NCBI GenBank assembly: GCA_052327205.1
Contig: CM126224.1
Coordinates: 64,604,001 to 64,668,000 of the forward strand
DNA: 64,000 nucleotides
Reading direction: 5' to 3'
Origin: Somniosus microcephalus
Taxonomy: Eukaryota
The notes under the pieces are model-generated. The model was not told the origin of the DNA. It did no database searches and worked only from the letters and a program-made list of their open reading frames with translations. This document shows positions 23,490 to 32,944 of this stretch, piece after piece. Position 1 is the first letter of the stretch. Every line of letters begins with the position of its first letter. A program made the position numbers and the translations under genes.

Positions 23490-24710
23490 TTTAAATTTAT
23501 TTATGGGATGTGGGCGTCGCTGGCAAGGCCAGCATTTATTGCCCATCCCTAATTGCCCTGGAGAAGGTGGTGGTGAGCCGCCTCCTTGAACCGCTGCAGT
23601 CCGTGTGGTGAAGGTGCTCCCACAGTGCTGTTAGGGAGGGAGTTCCAGGATTTTGACCCAGCGACGATGAAGGATAGGCGATATACTTCTAAGTCAGGAT
23701 GGTGTGTGACTTGGAGATGATGGTGTTCCCATGCGCCTGCTGCCCTTGTCCTTCTAGGTGGAAGAGGTCGCGGGTTTGGGAGGTGCTGCTGAAGCAGCCT
23801 TGGCAAGTTGCTGCAGTGCATCTTGTAGATGGTCCACACTGCAGTCACGGTGCTCTGGTGGTGGAGGGAGTGAATGTTTAAGGTGGTAGATGGGGTGCCA
23901 ATCAAGCGGGCATCTTTGTCCTGGATGGTGTCAAGCTTCTTGTGTTGTTGGAGCTGCACTCATCCAGGCAAGTGGAGAGTATTCCATCACACTCCTTACT
24001 TGTGCCTTGTAGATGGTGGAAAGGTTTTGGGGTGTCAGGAGGTGAGACATTTGCCGCAGAATACCTAGCCTCTGACCTGCTCTTGTTGCCACAGTATTTA
24101 TGTGGCTGGTCCAGTTAAGTTTCTGGTCAATGATGACCCCTAGGATGTTGATGGTGGGGGATTCGGCGATGGTAATGCCGTTGAATGTCAAGGGGTGGTG
24201 GTTAGACTCTCGCTTGTTGGAGATAGTCATTCCCTGGCATTTGTGTGGCGCAAACGTTACCTGCCACTTATCAGCTCAAGCCTGAACGTCATCCAGGTCT
24301 TGTTGCATGCGCGCATGGACTGCTTCATTATCTGAGGAGTTGTGAATGGCGCTGAACACTGTGCAGTCATCAGCGAACATCCCCATTTCTGACTTTATGT
24401 TGGAGGGAAGGTCATTGATGAAGCAGCTGAAGATGGTTGGACCTAGGACACTGCCCTGAGGAACTCCTGCAGCGATGTCCTGGGGCTGTGATAATTGACC
24501 TTCAATCACCACAACCATCTTCCTTTGTGCCAGGTATGACTCCAGCCAGTGGCGAGTTTTCCCCCCGATTCCCATTGACTTCAGTTTTACTAGGGCTCCT
24601 TCATGCCACACTTGGTCAAATGCTGTCAAGGGCAGTCACTCTCACCTCACCTCTGGAATTCAGCTCCTTTGTCCATGTTTAGACCAAGGCTGTACTGAGG
24701 TCGGGAGCTG
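23490..24710 (-). mobile_element. 5'-truncated non-LTR retrotransposon (CR1/L2 group, a different family from CR1 A-C), RT to 3' end
   Basis: Minus ORFs [55 protein letters not shown]; frameshifted. A short + strand 3' fragment of the same family lies at ~20605-20690. Confidence 0.9.
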
Positions 24711-24925
24711 TATTCTAACAGGTTTCCTTCATCTCTACATTAATGTGATGTCACTGACTGTTAAGAAAGTTCACTACAGCCACGGAGATATGGGGGTGCA
24801 CCCTGCGTAAGAGTGTCATTATTATTTACTGTGAATTTAGTGATTTTGTTGCAGTTACTGAATGCTAGGTGTTTAGCAGTTAGTGATCTCTCTCTCCCTC
24901 TCTCCTCCCCCTCCCCCCTCTCCAG

Positions 24926-25055
24926 TTCCCCTCACATCCACTGGCAGTTTACCATGTCTCTGGAGAGTTTGCAATGCTGTGGCACGGTGCCCAAGCTGGA
25001 GCATTTGACCTCCGGACAGCTGTAATGGAGGCTCTGACCAGCTTCAGGAGGGCAG
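24926..25055 (+). CDS. ALAD: ALAD coding exon 10: [43 protein letters not shown](G)
   Basis: Long polypyrimidine tract plus ccag acceptor, gtaata donor, 130 nt; YHVSGEFAM motif. Confidence 0.98.
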
Positions 25056-25084
25056 GTAATACTTGTTAACTTTTACAGCACTTT

Positions 25085-25600
25085 GTGCAGTGTGTTAATC
25101 CCTTGCATGAAGCCAGGTACCAACACTGCGTCCGTAGATCCTGCAATATACAGCGAGCTCTGTGTAGCCCAGTGTCCCAGGAACACGGGCACATGTGGAA
25201 TGTGAGTCACTTCATACTTGGTTTTGACACTCCTGATCTTTGGCCACCCAGTGCGGGGGGCTGGGGGGGCGCTGGCAAGTCGGAGGATCTCTGTGGGTCT
25301 GCTTCTGGGCCTCGCCAAGGTGGTCATCCACAGGAGGTCCAGGTTGGACGCGGCTCGTGGGAGCGTGGTCGCTCTGGCTGGCTGTCTGTCTCTCGTCCGC
25401 AGCCTTGTCCACGCCCAGGTGAAGAAGCATGCGGTGTCTGCTGATACGCTTGAGGCCTTCCGCAACCAGTGGTCACCGCGGGGACTGGAGTGCTTGGTGG
25501 GCACAGACAGCAATATTATTATTTAAGTTTCCTTTGTTTTATGATTTTGTTTTCTATTAGTTGTTCCCCTTTAAAAGGGGGAACTTTTATTTGACACTGG
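25085..25600 (+). mobile_element. Tx1/L1-clade LINE 3' fragment
   Basis: ORF 25218-25526 (TLLIFGHPV...LLLGLAKVVIHRRSR...LEAFRNQWSPRG) resembles a Tx1-type ORF2 C-terminus and is followed by a T-rich 3' UTR. Confidence 0.7.
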
Positions 25601-26433
25601 GGCAATCCCCTATAGAATGGCCCGCCGGGGGGCAGTCGCCCGTGGGATGGCCCGCCGGGGGGCAGTCGCCCGTGGGATGGCCCGCCGGGGGGCAGTCGCC
25701 CGTGGGATGGCCCGCCGGGGGGCAGTCGCCCGTGGGATGGCCCGCCGGGGGGCAGTCGCCCGTGGGATGGCCCGCCGGGGGGCAGTCGCCCGTGGGATGG
25801 CCCGCCGGGGGGCAGTCGCCCGTGGGATGGCCCGCCGGGGGGCAGTCGCCCGTGGGATGGCCCGCCGGGGGGCAGTCGCCCGTGGGATGGCCCGCCGGGG
25901 GGCAGTCGCCCGTGGGATGGCCCGCCGGGGGGCAGTCGCCCGTGGGATGGCCCGCCGGGGGGCAGTCGCCCGTGGGATGGCCCGCCGGGGGGCAGTCGCC
26001 CGTGGGATGGCCCGCCGGGGGGCAGTCGCCCGTGGGATGGCCCGCCGGGGGGCAGTCGCCCGTGGGATGGCCCGCCGGGGGGCAGTCGCCCGTGGGATGG
26101 CCCGCCGGGGGGCAGTCGCCCGTGGGATGGCCCGCCGGGGGGCAGTCGCCCGTGGGATGGCCCGCCGGGGGGCAGTCGCCCGTGGGATGGCCCGCCGGGG
26201 GGCAGTCGCCCGTGGGATGGCCCGCCGGGGGGCAGTCGCCCGTGGGATGGCCCGCCGGGGGGCAGTCGCCCGTGGGATGGCCCGCCGGGGGGCAGTCGCC
26301 CGTGGGATGGCCCGCCGGGGGGCAGTCGCCCGTGGGTTGGCCCGCCGGGGGGCAGTCGCCCGTGGGTTGGCCCGCCGGGGGGCAGTCGCCCGTGGGATGG
26401 CCCGCCGGGGGGCAGTCGCCCGTGGGATGGCCC
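25600..26433 (+). repeat. 30-bp near-perfect GC-rich minisatellite (~27 units), cccgccggggggcagtcgcccgtgggatgg
   Basis: Exact 30-bp period; only two variant units (a>t near 26337 and 26367). Confidence 0.98.
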
Positions 26434-26984
26434 AAGATAATAGCTGTGCCTGAAGAAAGAGGAGAAAAGCTGTTGGGGTTTCTGCTGTCATGTAAGCTGC
26501 TTCAGGACAATGTTGGCGTGTGGATGGCCCTGATTATTTCCTGCCTCTCTCCTAAAGACACTGGCTGTTGCTGGGCTATGGGTCAGTGGCTCAGACAGCC
26601 CTTAACAGATTAGCCACACTTTACATGTGAACCTGGACAGCATGTGGTGACCGGCTATTCAACTGTGGGGTCGTCCCTACGGTCCTGCCCTAGCCCAACG
26701 TGCGTGCGCACTGACATACACTTTCTGACCGAGATTAGTGGACAGTGATTGGGGGGGACCACTGACCTATTCCTGTTTCTCTTCGGTCTTTTGAAGTTGA
26801 CTTTTGCCACCAGGCTACTAAGGTCTATTGCACTGAGATTCAGCAACGTTGAAAATATCTTCTGGGGAGACCAAGAGCCAGGGCAGCACTCGCCTTCCTC
26901 CCGATAACACAATCAAGGCCCTGGATCCAATCGTTGCTCAGCACTCACTCGCCTGTCAGTCCCTCCTGGGATGGTTTCAAATTT

Positions 26985-28035
26985 TCCCGGTGGAGCATTC
27001 TATGGGGGAGCATTCTATGGGGGATCGCTCCCGGTGGGGCACTCTATGGGGGATCGCTCCCGGTGGGGCACTCTGTGGGGGATCGCTCCCGGTGCGGCAT
27101 TCTGTGGGGGATCGCTCCCGATGGGGCATTCTATGGGGGATCGCTCCCGGTGGGGCACTCTATGGGGGATCGCTCCCGGTGGGGCACTCTATGGGGGATC
27201 GCTCCCGGTGGGGCACTCTATGGGGGAATCGCTCCCGGTGGGGCACTCTATGGGGGATCGCTCCCGGTGGGGCATTCTATGGGGGATCGCTCCCGGTGGG
27301 GCATTCTATGGGGGATCACTCCCGGTGGGGCATTCTATGGGGGATCGCTCCCGGTGGGGCATTCTATGGGGGATCGCTCCCGGTGGGGCATTCTATGGGG
27401 GATCGCTCCCGGTGGGGCATTCTATGGGGGATCGCTCCTGGTGGGGCATTCTATGGGGGATCGCTCCCGGTGGGGCATTCTATGGGGGATCGCTCCCGGT
27501 GGGGCATTCTATGGGGGATCGCTCCCGGTGGGGCATTCTATAGGGGATCGCTCCCGGTGGGGCATTCTATGGGGGATCGCTCCCGGTGGGGCACTCTATA
27601 GGGGATCGCTCCTAGTGGTGCATTCTATGGGGGATCGCTCCCGGTGGGGCATTCTATGGGGGATCGCTCCCGGTGGGGCATTCTATGGGGGATCGCTCCC
27701 GGTGGGGCACTCTATGGGGGATCGCTCCCGGTGGGGCATTCTATGGGGGATCGCTCCCGGTGGGGCATTCTATGGGGGATCGCTCCCGGTGGGGCATTCT
27801 ATGGGGGATCGCTCCCGGTGCGGCACTCTATGGGGGGATCGCTCCCGGTGGGGCATTCTGTGGGGGATCGCTCCCGGTGCGGCATTCTGTGGGGGATCGC
27901 TCCCGGTGCGGCATTCTGTGGGGGATCGCTCCCGGTGGGGCATTCTATGGGGGATCGCTCTCGGTGGGGCATTCTATGGGGGATCGCTCCCGGTGGGGCA
28001 TCGCTCCCAGTGGGGCATTCTATGGGAGATCGCTC
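26985..28035 (+). repeat. 29-bp minisatellite (~35 units), gggggatcgctcccggtggggca(t/c)tctat
   Basis: Directly visible tandem array. Confidence 0.97.
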
Positions 28036-28139
28036 TATAGATTTAAAAAAAAACTAAAGTGATGCCAGCACAAGGGAAGGAGCTGAATGTATTTTTTTTA
28101 AGTCTCGAGTTTATGTCTGTTATGTTAGTTAATCGTCTA

Positions 28140-28380
28140 TTAAATAGAGGCCTGGCAGGGAACCTCCGTCCCGTGGAATGCACATCTTGTACCATGTGGG
28201 AACTCCAGGACGCTTCCCGTGTCCTGGACAACCACGTGTGCAGGAGGTGTGGTCAGCGGGAGGAGCTCGAGCTCCGGGTTTCGGAGCTTGAGCAGCAGCT
28301 GGAGTCACTGCAGTGCATCCGTGAGGCTGAGAGCTTCGTGGATAGCACGTTTCAGGAAGTGGTCACCCCGCAGCTTAAGA
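28140..28380 (+). mobile_element. CR1 ORF1 N-terminal fragment (zinc finger plus coiled coil)
   Basis: VECTSCTMWE...HVCRRC..REELELRVSELEQQLESL...EVVTPQ shows the CxxC...CxxC plus leucine-zipper pattern of CR1 ORF1. Confidence 0.8.
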
Positions 28381-28594
28381 GCTCTGGTTCTGTTAACACA
28401 CCTGCTGGACATTCTCACGGTGGTGTTGGTGTAATCTATAGCAGTGACTGTCCCATCATTCCCCATCCCACTTGACCACGGGAAGATGGGTAACCAGCAG
28501 GTGGCTCCTGCTGGGGACAGTTTTCCAGTTTGGCATTTAAGAATGATGGTGTTGTACCTGTGTGATGTTGATTTACTGTGTTTGGGTTTTGTAG

Positions 28595-28656
28595 GTGCTG
28601 ATATCATCATCACGTACTATGTGCCACAGATCCTGAAATGGCTGAAGGATATTTGA
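28595..28656 (+). CDS. ALAD: ALAD final coding exon: (G)ADIIITYYVPQILKWLKDI*
   Basis: ttgtag acceptor, TGA stop at 28654-28656; GADIIITYY motif; the spliced CDS totals 993 nt. Confidence 0.97.
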
Positions 28657-29059
28657 TGCTGCTCCGTCTCGGACACAGACCACACAGGGTTCTGAAGAAT
28701 TTTAAGCCATTCCCACAGACCGCCCCCCCGCCTCCCGTTCACCCCGCTCCTCCTCTCCCGTTCACATCTGGTACCACGGCTGATATACCAAATACTCGTT
28801 GATAAAGACGAGCAACATTCTTTTAAACCTTGAACCCTTGTATTAGACCTAAAATAGATTTTCACAGAAATGTTTAGCATCCTTCAGATATTTAGTTGCA
28901 TAATGTACATGAGTGGAAGAGAGGGAGAGATTTGACGAAGTGAGCTGAGAGTGGTTGAAAGATTATGCAGCTGCAAGTGTCTGATTTTGTAAAGGATTTG
29001 TTGTGCATTGCGAACACAGCATCAGGGATCTTAAACTGAATGAATTGACAGGCTTTGTG

Positions 29060-29241
29060 AATAAATCATGTGACTGGGATTTTGATGTACTATGTAGTAA
29101 CCGCTGCTGCCATGTGCCTTCCTGGACCTGACCGTTCGATGTGTACAGACTCTCTAACACGTGTTATTAATATTACCTGTAAGTGAAACGTGAAACCCTG
29201 TGAACAGTTGCAAATGAAATGGAAACTTCTGTTTTAATAAA
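29060..29241 (+). terminator. Candidate ALAD polyadenylation signals (AATAAA at 29060-29065 and 29236-29241)
   Basis: Two AATAAA hexamers about 400 and 580 nt after the stop, followed by GT/T-rich sequence. No transcript evidence. Confidence 0.55.
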
Positions 29242-29314
29242 ACAAATACTAAGAAATTAAATGCTGTTTGCTCTGCCTCTTGCAGCTGCAATGTAAGTCA
29301 TTCCTTTAAGTTAC

Positions 29315-30067
29315 ATGGCCCAGAAATTCGGGTCGGGGGCTTCCCGCGGGTGCAAGCCTCCGACCTGCACTTACCTAGCGCGCCAGCCGTTGAGCTGTGG
29401 GCCCGTGTGGAATTCCGATCCGGGGCCTGCGCCAGCTGCCGGCGCGCAGTGCTTATGTATCCCAGGGGCGCAGTTAGTTTGATGCTTCCCCTGGGATCAC
29501 GTGGGCCATGGGGAGCCAATCGGAGCAGGGAATGCTTCATTCATAAGTTTGACAGGAAGAGTTGTCAAACTTATAAATACTACAAGCCCCAAAACATCAC
29601 TAAATCTTCAAATAAATTTTTTAAAAAACATCACATTTTTTAAATATACTATAAATTACATGAAATAACTTTTAAACAATAATTTAAATTTTTGAAAAAA
29701 ATAATTTTATTTTCTAACCGCTAAAAATAAACTTACCTTTCTTTAAAATATTTAAAAATAATAAACTGTGGAAAAAATGTTTTAATTTTAATTAATGCAC
29801 CACTTGCCTTGTAAAAAGCAGGCCTTGCGACTGCTTTTTAAATGTGTAAATTCTGGAGACGTACCCTCCCGGGAAAACCTGCAAGAAAACGCAAGTTCGA
29901 TGCGCACGCGCTGCCTCTCCCGCGCACGCGTTCGAACTCTGAACCCCTTCTTTCAGGGGAACGGAAGTGCCAGTTTGCAGTGCATGCTGGAAACCGGCAC
30001 TTCCATTGGGCCTACGGGTGAGTACCCTGTGCGTACTCACCCGCGGAGACCCGAATTTCTGGGCCAT
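29315..30067. mobile_element. MITE / non-autonomous DNA transposon with 20-bp perfect TIRs
   Basis: atggcccagaaattcgggtc (29315-29334) is the exact reverse complement of gacccgaatttctgggccat (30048-30067); subterminal ccgcgggtg/cacccgcgg; AT-rich centre; no transposase. Confidence 0.85.
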
Positions 30068-30221
30068 TGTGTTTCCTTGCAGTTCTCCCATCCATTCATA
30101 AAACTAGCTATATTTTTAATTTTCATTTTGGGGCAGGAGGTCTATTTTGCGTCCATTAGGGTAAATGCTTGGGGAGTGGAACACACTTTTCCAGTTTTGT
30201 CATCCAGTGTGCGCATTGAGC

Positions 30222-31320
30222 ACTCCCAGACCCGTGTATCACACCCAGCTGTTCCTGCAGTGTATCGGACACTCCCAGACCCGTGTATCACAGCCAGCTG
30301 TTCCTGCAGAGTGTCGGACACTCCCAGACCCGTGTATCACAGCCAGCTGTTCCTGCATTGTATCGGACACTCCCAGACCCGTGTATCACAGCCAGCTGTT
30401 CCTGCAGAGTGTCGGACACTCCCAGACCCGTGTATTACAGCCAGCTGTTCCTGCAGAGTGTCGGACACTCCCAGACCCGTGTATCACAGCCAGCTGTTCC
30501 TGCAGTGTATCGGACACTCCCAGACCCGTGTATCACAGCCAGCTGTTCCTGCATTGTATCGGACACTCCCAGACCCGTGTATCACAGCCAGCTGTTCCTG
30601 CATTGTATCGGACACTCCCAGACCCGTGTATCACACCCAGCTGTTCCTGCAGAGTATCGGACACTCCCAGACCCGTGTATCACACCCAGCTGTTCCTGCA
30701 TTGTATCGGACACTCCCAGACCCGTGTATCACAGCCAGCTGTTCCTGCAGAGTGTCGGACACTCCCAGACCCGTGTATCACAGCCAGCTGTTCCTGCAGA
30801 GTATCGGACACTCCCAGACCCGTGTATCACACCCAGCTGTTCCTGCATTGTATCGGACACTCCCAGACCCGTGTATCACAGCCAGCTGTTCCTGCAGAGT
30901 GTCGGACACTCCCAGACCCGTGTATCACAGCCAGCTGTTCCTGCATTGTATCGGACACTCCCAGACCCGTGTATCACAGCCAGCTGTTCCTGCATTGTAT
31001 CGGACACTCCCAGACCCGTGTATCACAGCCAGCTGTTCCTGCAGTGTATCGGACACTCCCAGACCCGTGTATCACAGCCAGCTGTTCCTGCGGTGTATCG
31101 GACACGCCCAGACCCGTGTATCACAGCCAGCTGTTCCTGCAGTATCGGACACTCCCAGACCAGATACAGCACAGCCAGCTTTTCCTGCAGTATCGAACAT
31201 TCCCAGACCAGATACAGCACAGCCAGCTTTTCCTGCAGTATCGAGCACTCCCAGCTGTCCCTGCAGTGAGAGTATCGAGCACTCCCAGACCAGCTATATC
31301 CATATATCGCAGCTAGCTGT
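30222..31320 (-). repeat. 49-bp minisatellite (~19 units plus degenerate units), + strand actcccagacccgtgtatcacagccagctgttcctgca(g/t)(a/t)gt(g/a)tcggac
   Basis: Period 49 (actcccagac at 30222 and 30271); degenerates after ~31150. Confidence 0.96.
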
Positions 31321-31662
31321 CCCCACAGTGGGGCAGATTTTTTTCAGTGCCCTATAGCTCTGTTTGCGGTACAGAGCTGTGTTGGGGTCTAACGTGGGTC
31401 AATACATTGGGTGTGCAGTCTAGCGCATCTGATTCAGGGCTCGAACAGTTTATTGGCCGGTATTTTGCCAGCACAAGCCACATACAAGGTTTGAAATCGT
31501 CCCTTGCTGGATCTTGAGGCTTTCTCAGTAGGCCTGATCGCCCATTTAAAGTGGGCCTCAGTACTACCTGGATAGCCTGACCCATGGGAATAGTCTGCTC
31601 ACTTTTTAATTTTTGGCTGAAAGTTGGATTGTTTTCTGTTTGTGTAGATTTAGCGCTAATAC

Positions 31663-32527
31663 CAAAGCAAAATAGTGTGGATGCTGGAAATCTAAATCGT
31701 GTGGATGCTGGAAACCTGCAATAAAAAGAAAATGCTGGAAATACTCAGCAGATCAGGCAGCCCCCAGCACCTTCCCGTGCAAGCGCAGGAGATGCAACAC
31801 CTGCCCTTTTACCTCCTCCCTTCCCACTGTCCAGGGTCCCAAACACCCATTCCAGGTGAAACAATGTACTTGCAATCTAGTATACTGTATTTGCTGCTCA
31901 CGCTGCGGTCTCCTCTACATTGGGAAGACCAAACGCAGATTGGGTGACTGCTTTGCGGAACACCTCCATTCAGTCCGCAAGCGTGACCCCGGGCTTCCGG
32001 TGGCCTGTCACTTTAATTCTCCGCTCCACTCCCACTCTGATCTCTCTGTTCTCGGCCTCTTGCACTGTTCCAACGAAGCTCAATGTAAGCTCGAGGAACA
32101 GCACCTCATCTTTCGATTGGGCACTTTACAGCCTTCTGGACTTAACATCGAGTTCAACAATTTTAGACTATAACCTCTGCCCCTATGTTTTCAGGTGGCA
32201 GCTGATGATTCTACTATCCCCATTTACACCTCCTCTGGACCCATCTTTCGTTTCTTTACTTGTCCCATTACCATCTCCTTTTGCTTTGTACAACCATCCC
32301 TTTTGTCATTTAATCTCTCCTGCCTTCCACCCTATCACAGACCTTCCCGTTTGTTCTTTCCTCCCCTCCCCCTTTCCCTGCCTCTGCACCTGCTTCAAAT
32401 TTGTTACATCTCGAACTTTTTCCAGTTCTGACGAAAGGTTATCGACTTGAAACGTTAACTCTCTTTCTCCCTCCACAGATGCTGCCTGACCGGCTGAGTG
32501 TTTCCAGCATTGTCTGTTTTTGTTTTA
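31663..32527 (+). mobile_element. Penelope-like element: GIY-YIG endonuclease fragment, pseudo-LTR, and an inverted pLTR piece at the 5' end
   Basis: ORF 31856-32173 has NLVYCICCSRCGLLYIGKTKRRL...EH...VACHFN...EQHLIFRLGTLQPSGLN. 31733-31761 (gctggaaatactcagcagatcaggcagc) is the near reverse complement of 32481-32508. Confidence 0.92.
32424..32460 (+). ncRNA. Minimal type I hammerhead ribozyme in the Penelope pLTR
   Basis: agtt-CTGACGA-a-aggtt-atc-gactt-GAAA-cgtt-aact: conserved core boxes, stem I agtt/aact, wobble stem II, palindromic aacgtt stem III. Confidence 0.7.
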
Positions 32528-32944
32528 GGCGAGGTGCATGCTTGTCCTCGGGGGGGGGGACCTTGACTGCCCAACAGGGCCTTGCACCCACCCCATACAG
32601 CAGCATGCTCACATTGCCAGAACATCGAGCAGGGCTTGGATACAGTGGGTTCCTGTAACTTTCCCACAGACTCTGTTTTATGCCTCCACTTTGGATTTCC
32701 TTTCACTTCATTTTTGCCTGGCTTTATCTTTCCCACCACTCTGTTCCCCTGCCCCACCAGCCCGATATTGCAAATCTTATTAAATATTTACCACCAAATG
32801 CAGCCACTTACTTTTAAGTGGGTACATCCCTTTAAATTTGAGCTGCTAGCTAGATTTACCATCTGCCCCATTATGCTAGCTACCATTGTTATCATGGAAC
32901 CTCATGCTATTTCTTCAAATTGTGTGCCCCTTCAAAAGTGTGCA

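Noticed and set aside
25561-28062. Long repetitive ORFs (WPAGGQSPVG, MARRGAVARG, GHSMGDRSRW repeats)
   Set aside because: Open in several frames and strands because the minisatellite units lack stops; intronic.
29795-31357. 520-aa, 383-aa and 328-aa ORFs
   Set aside because: All three frames read through the 49-bp tandem repeat; the N-terminal part is MITE sequence.
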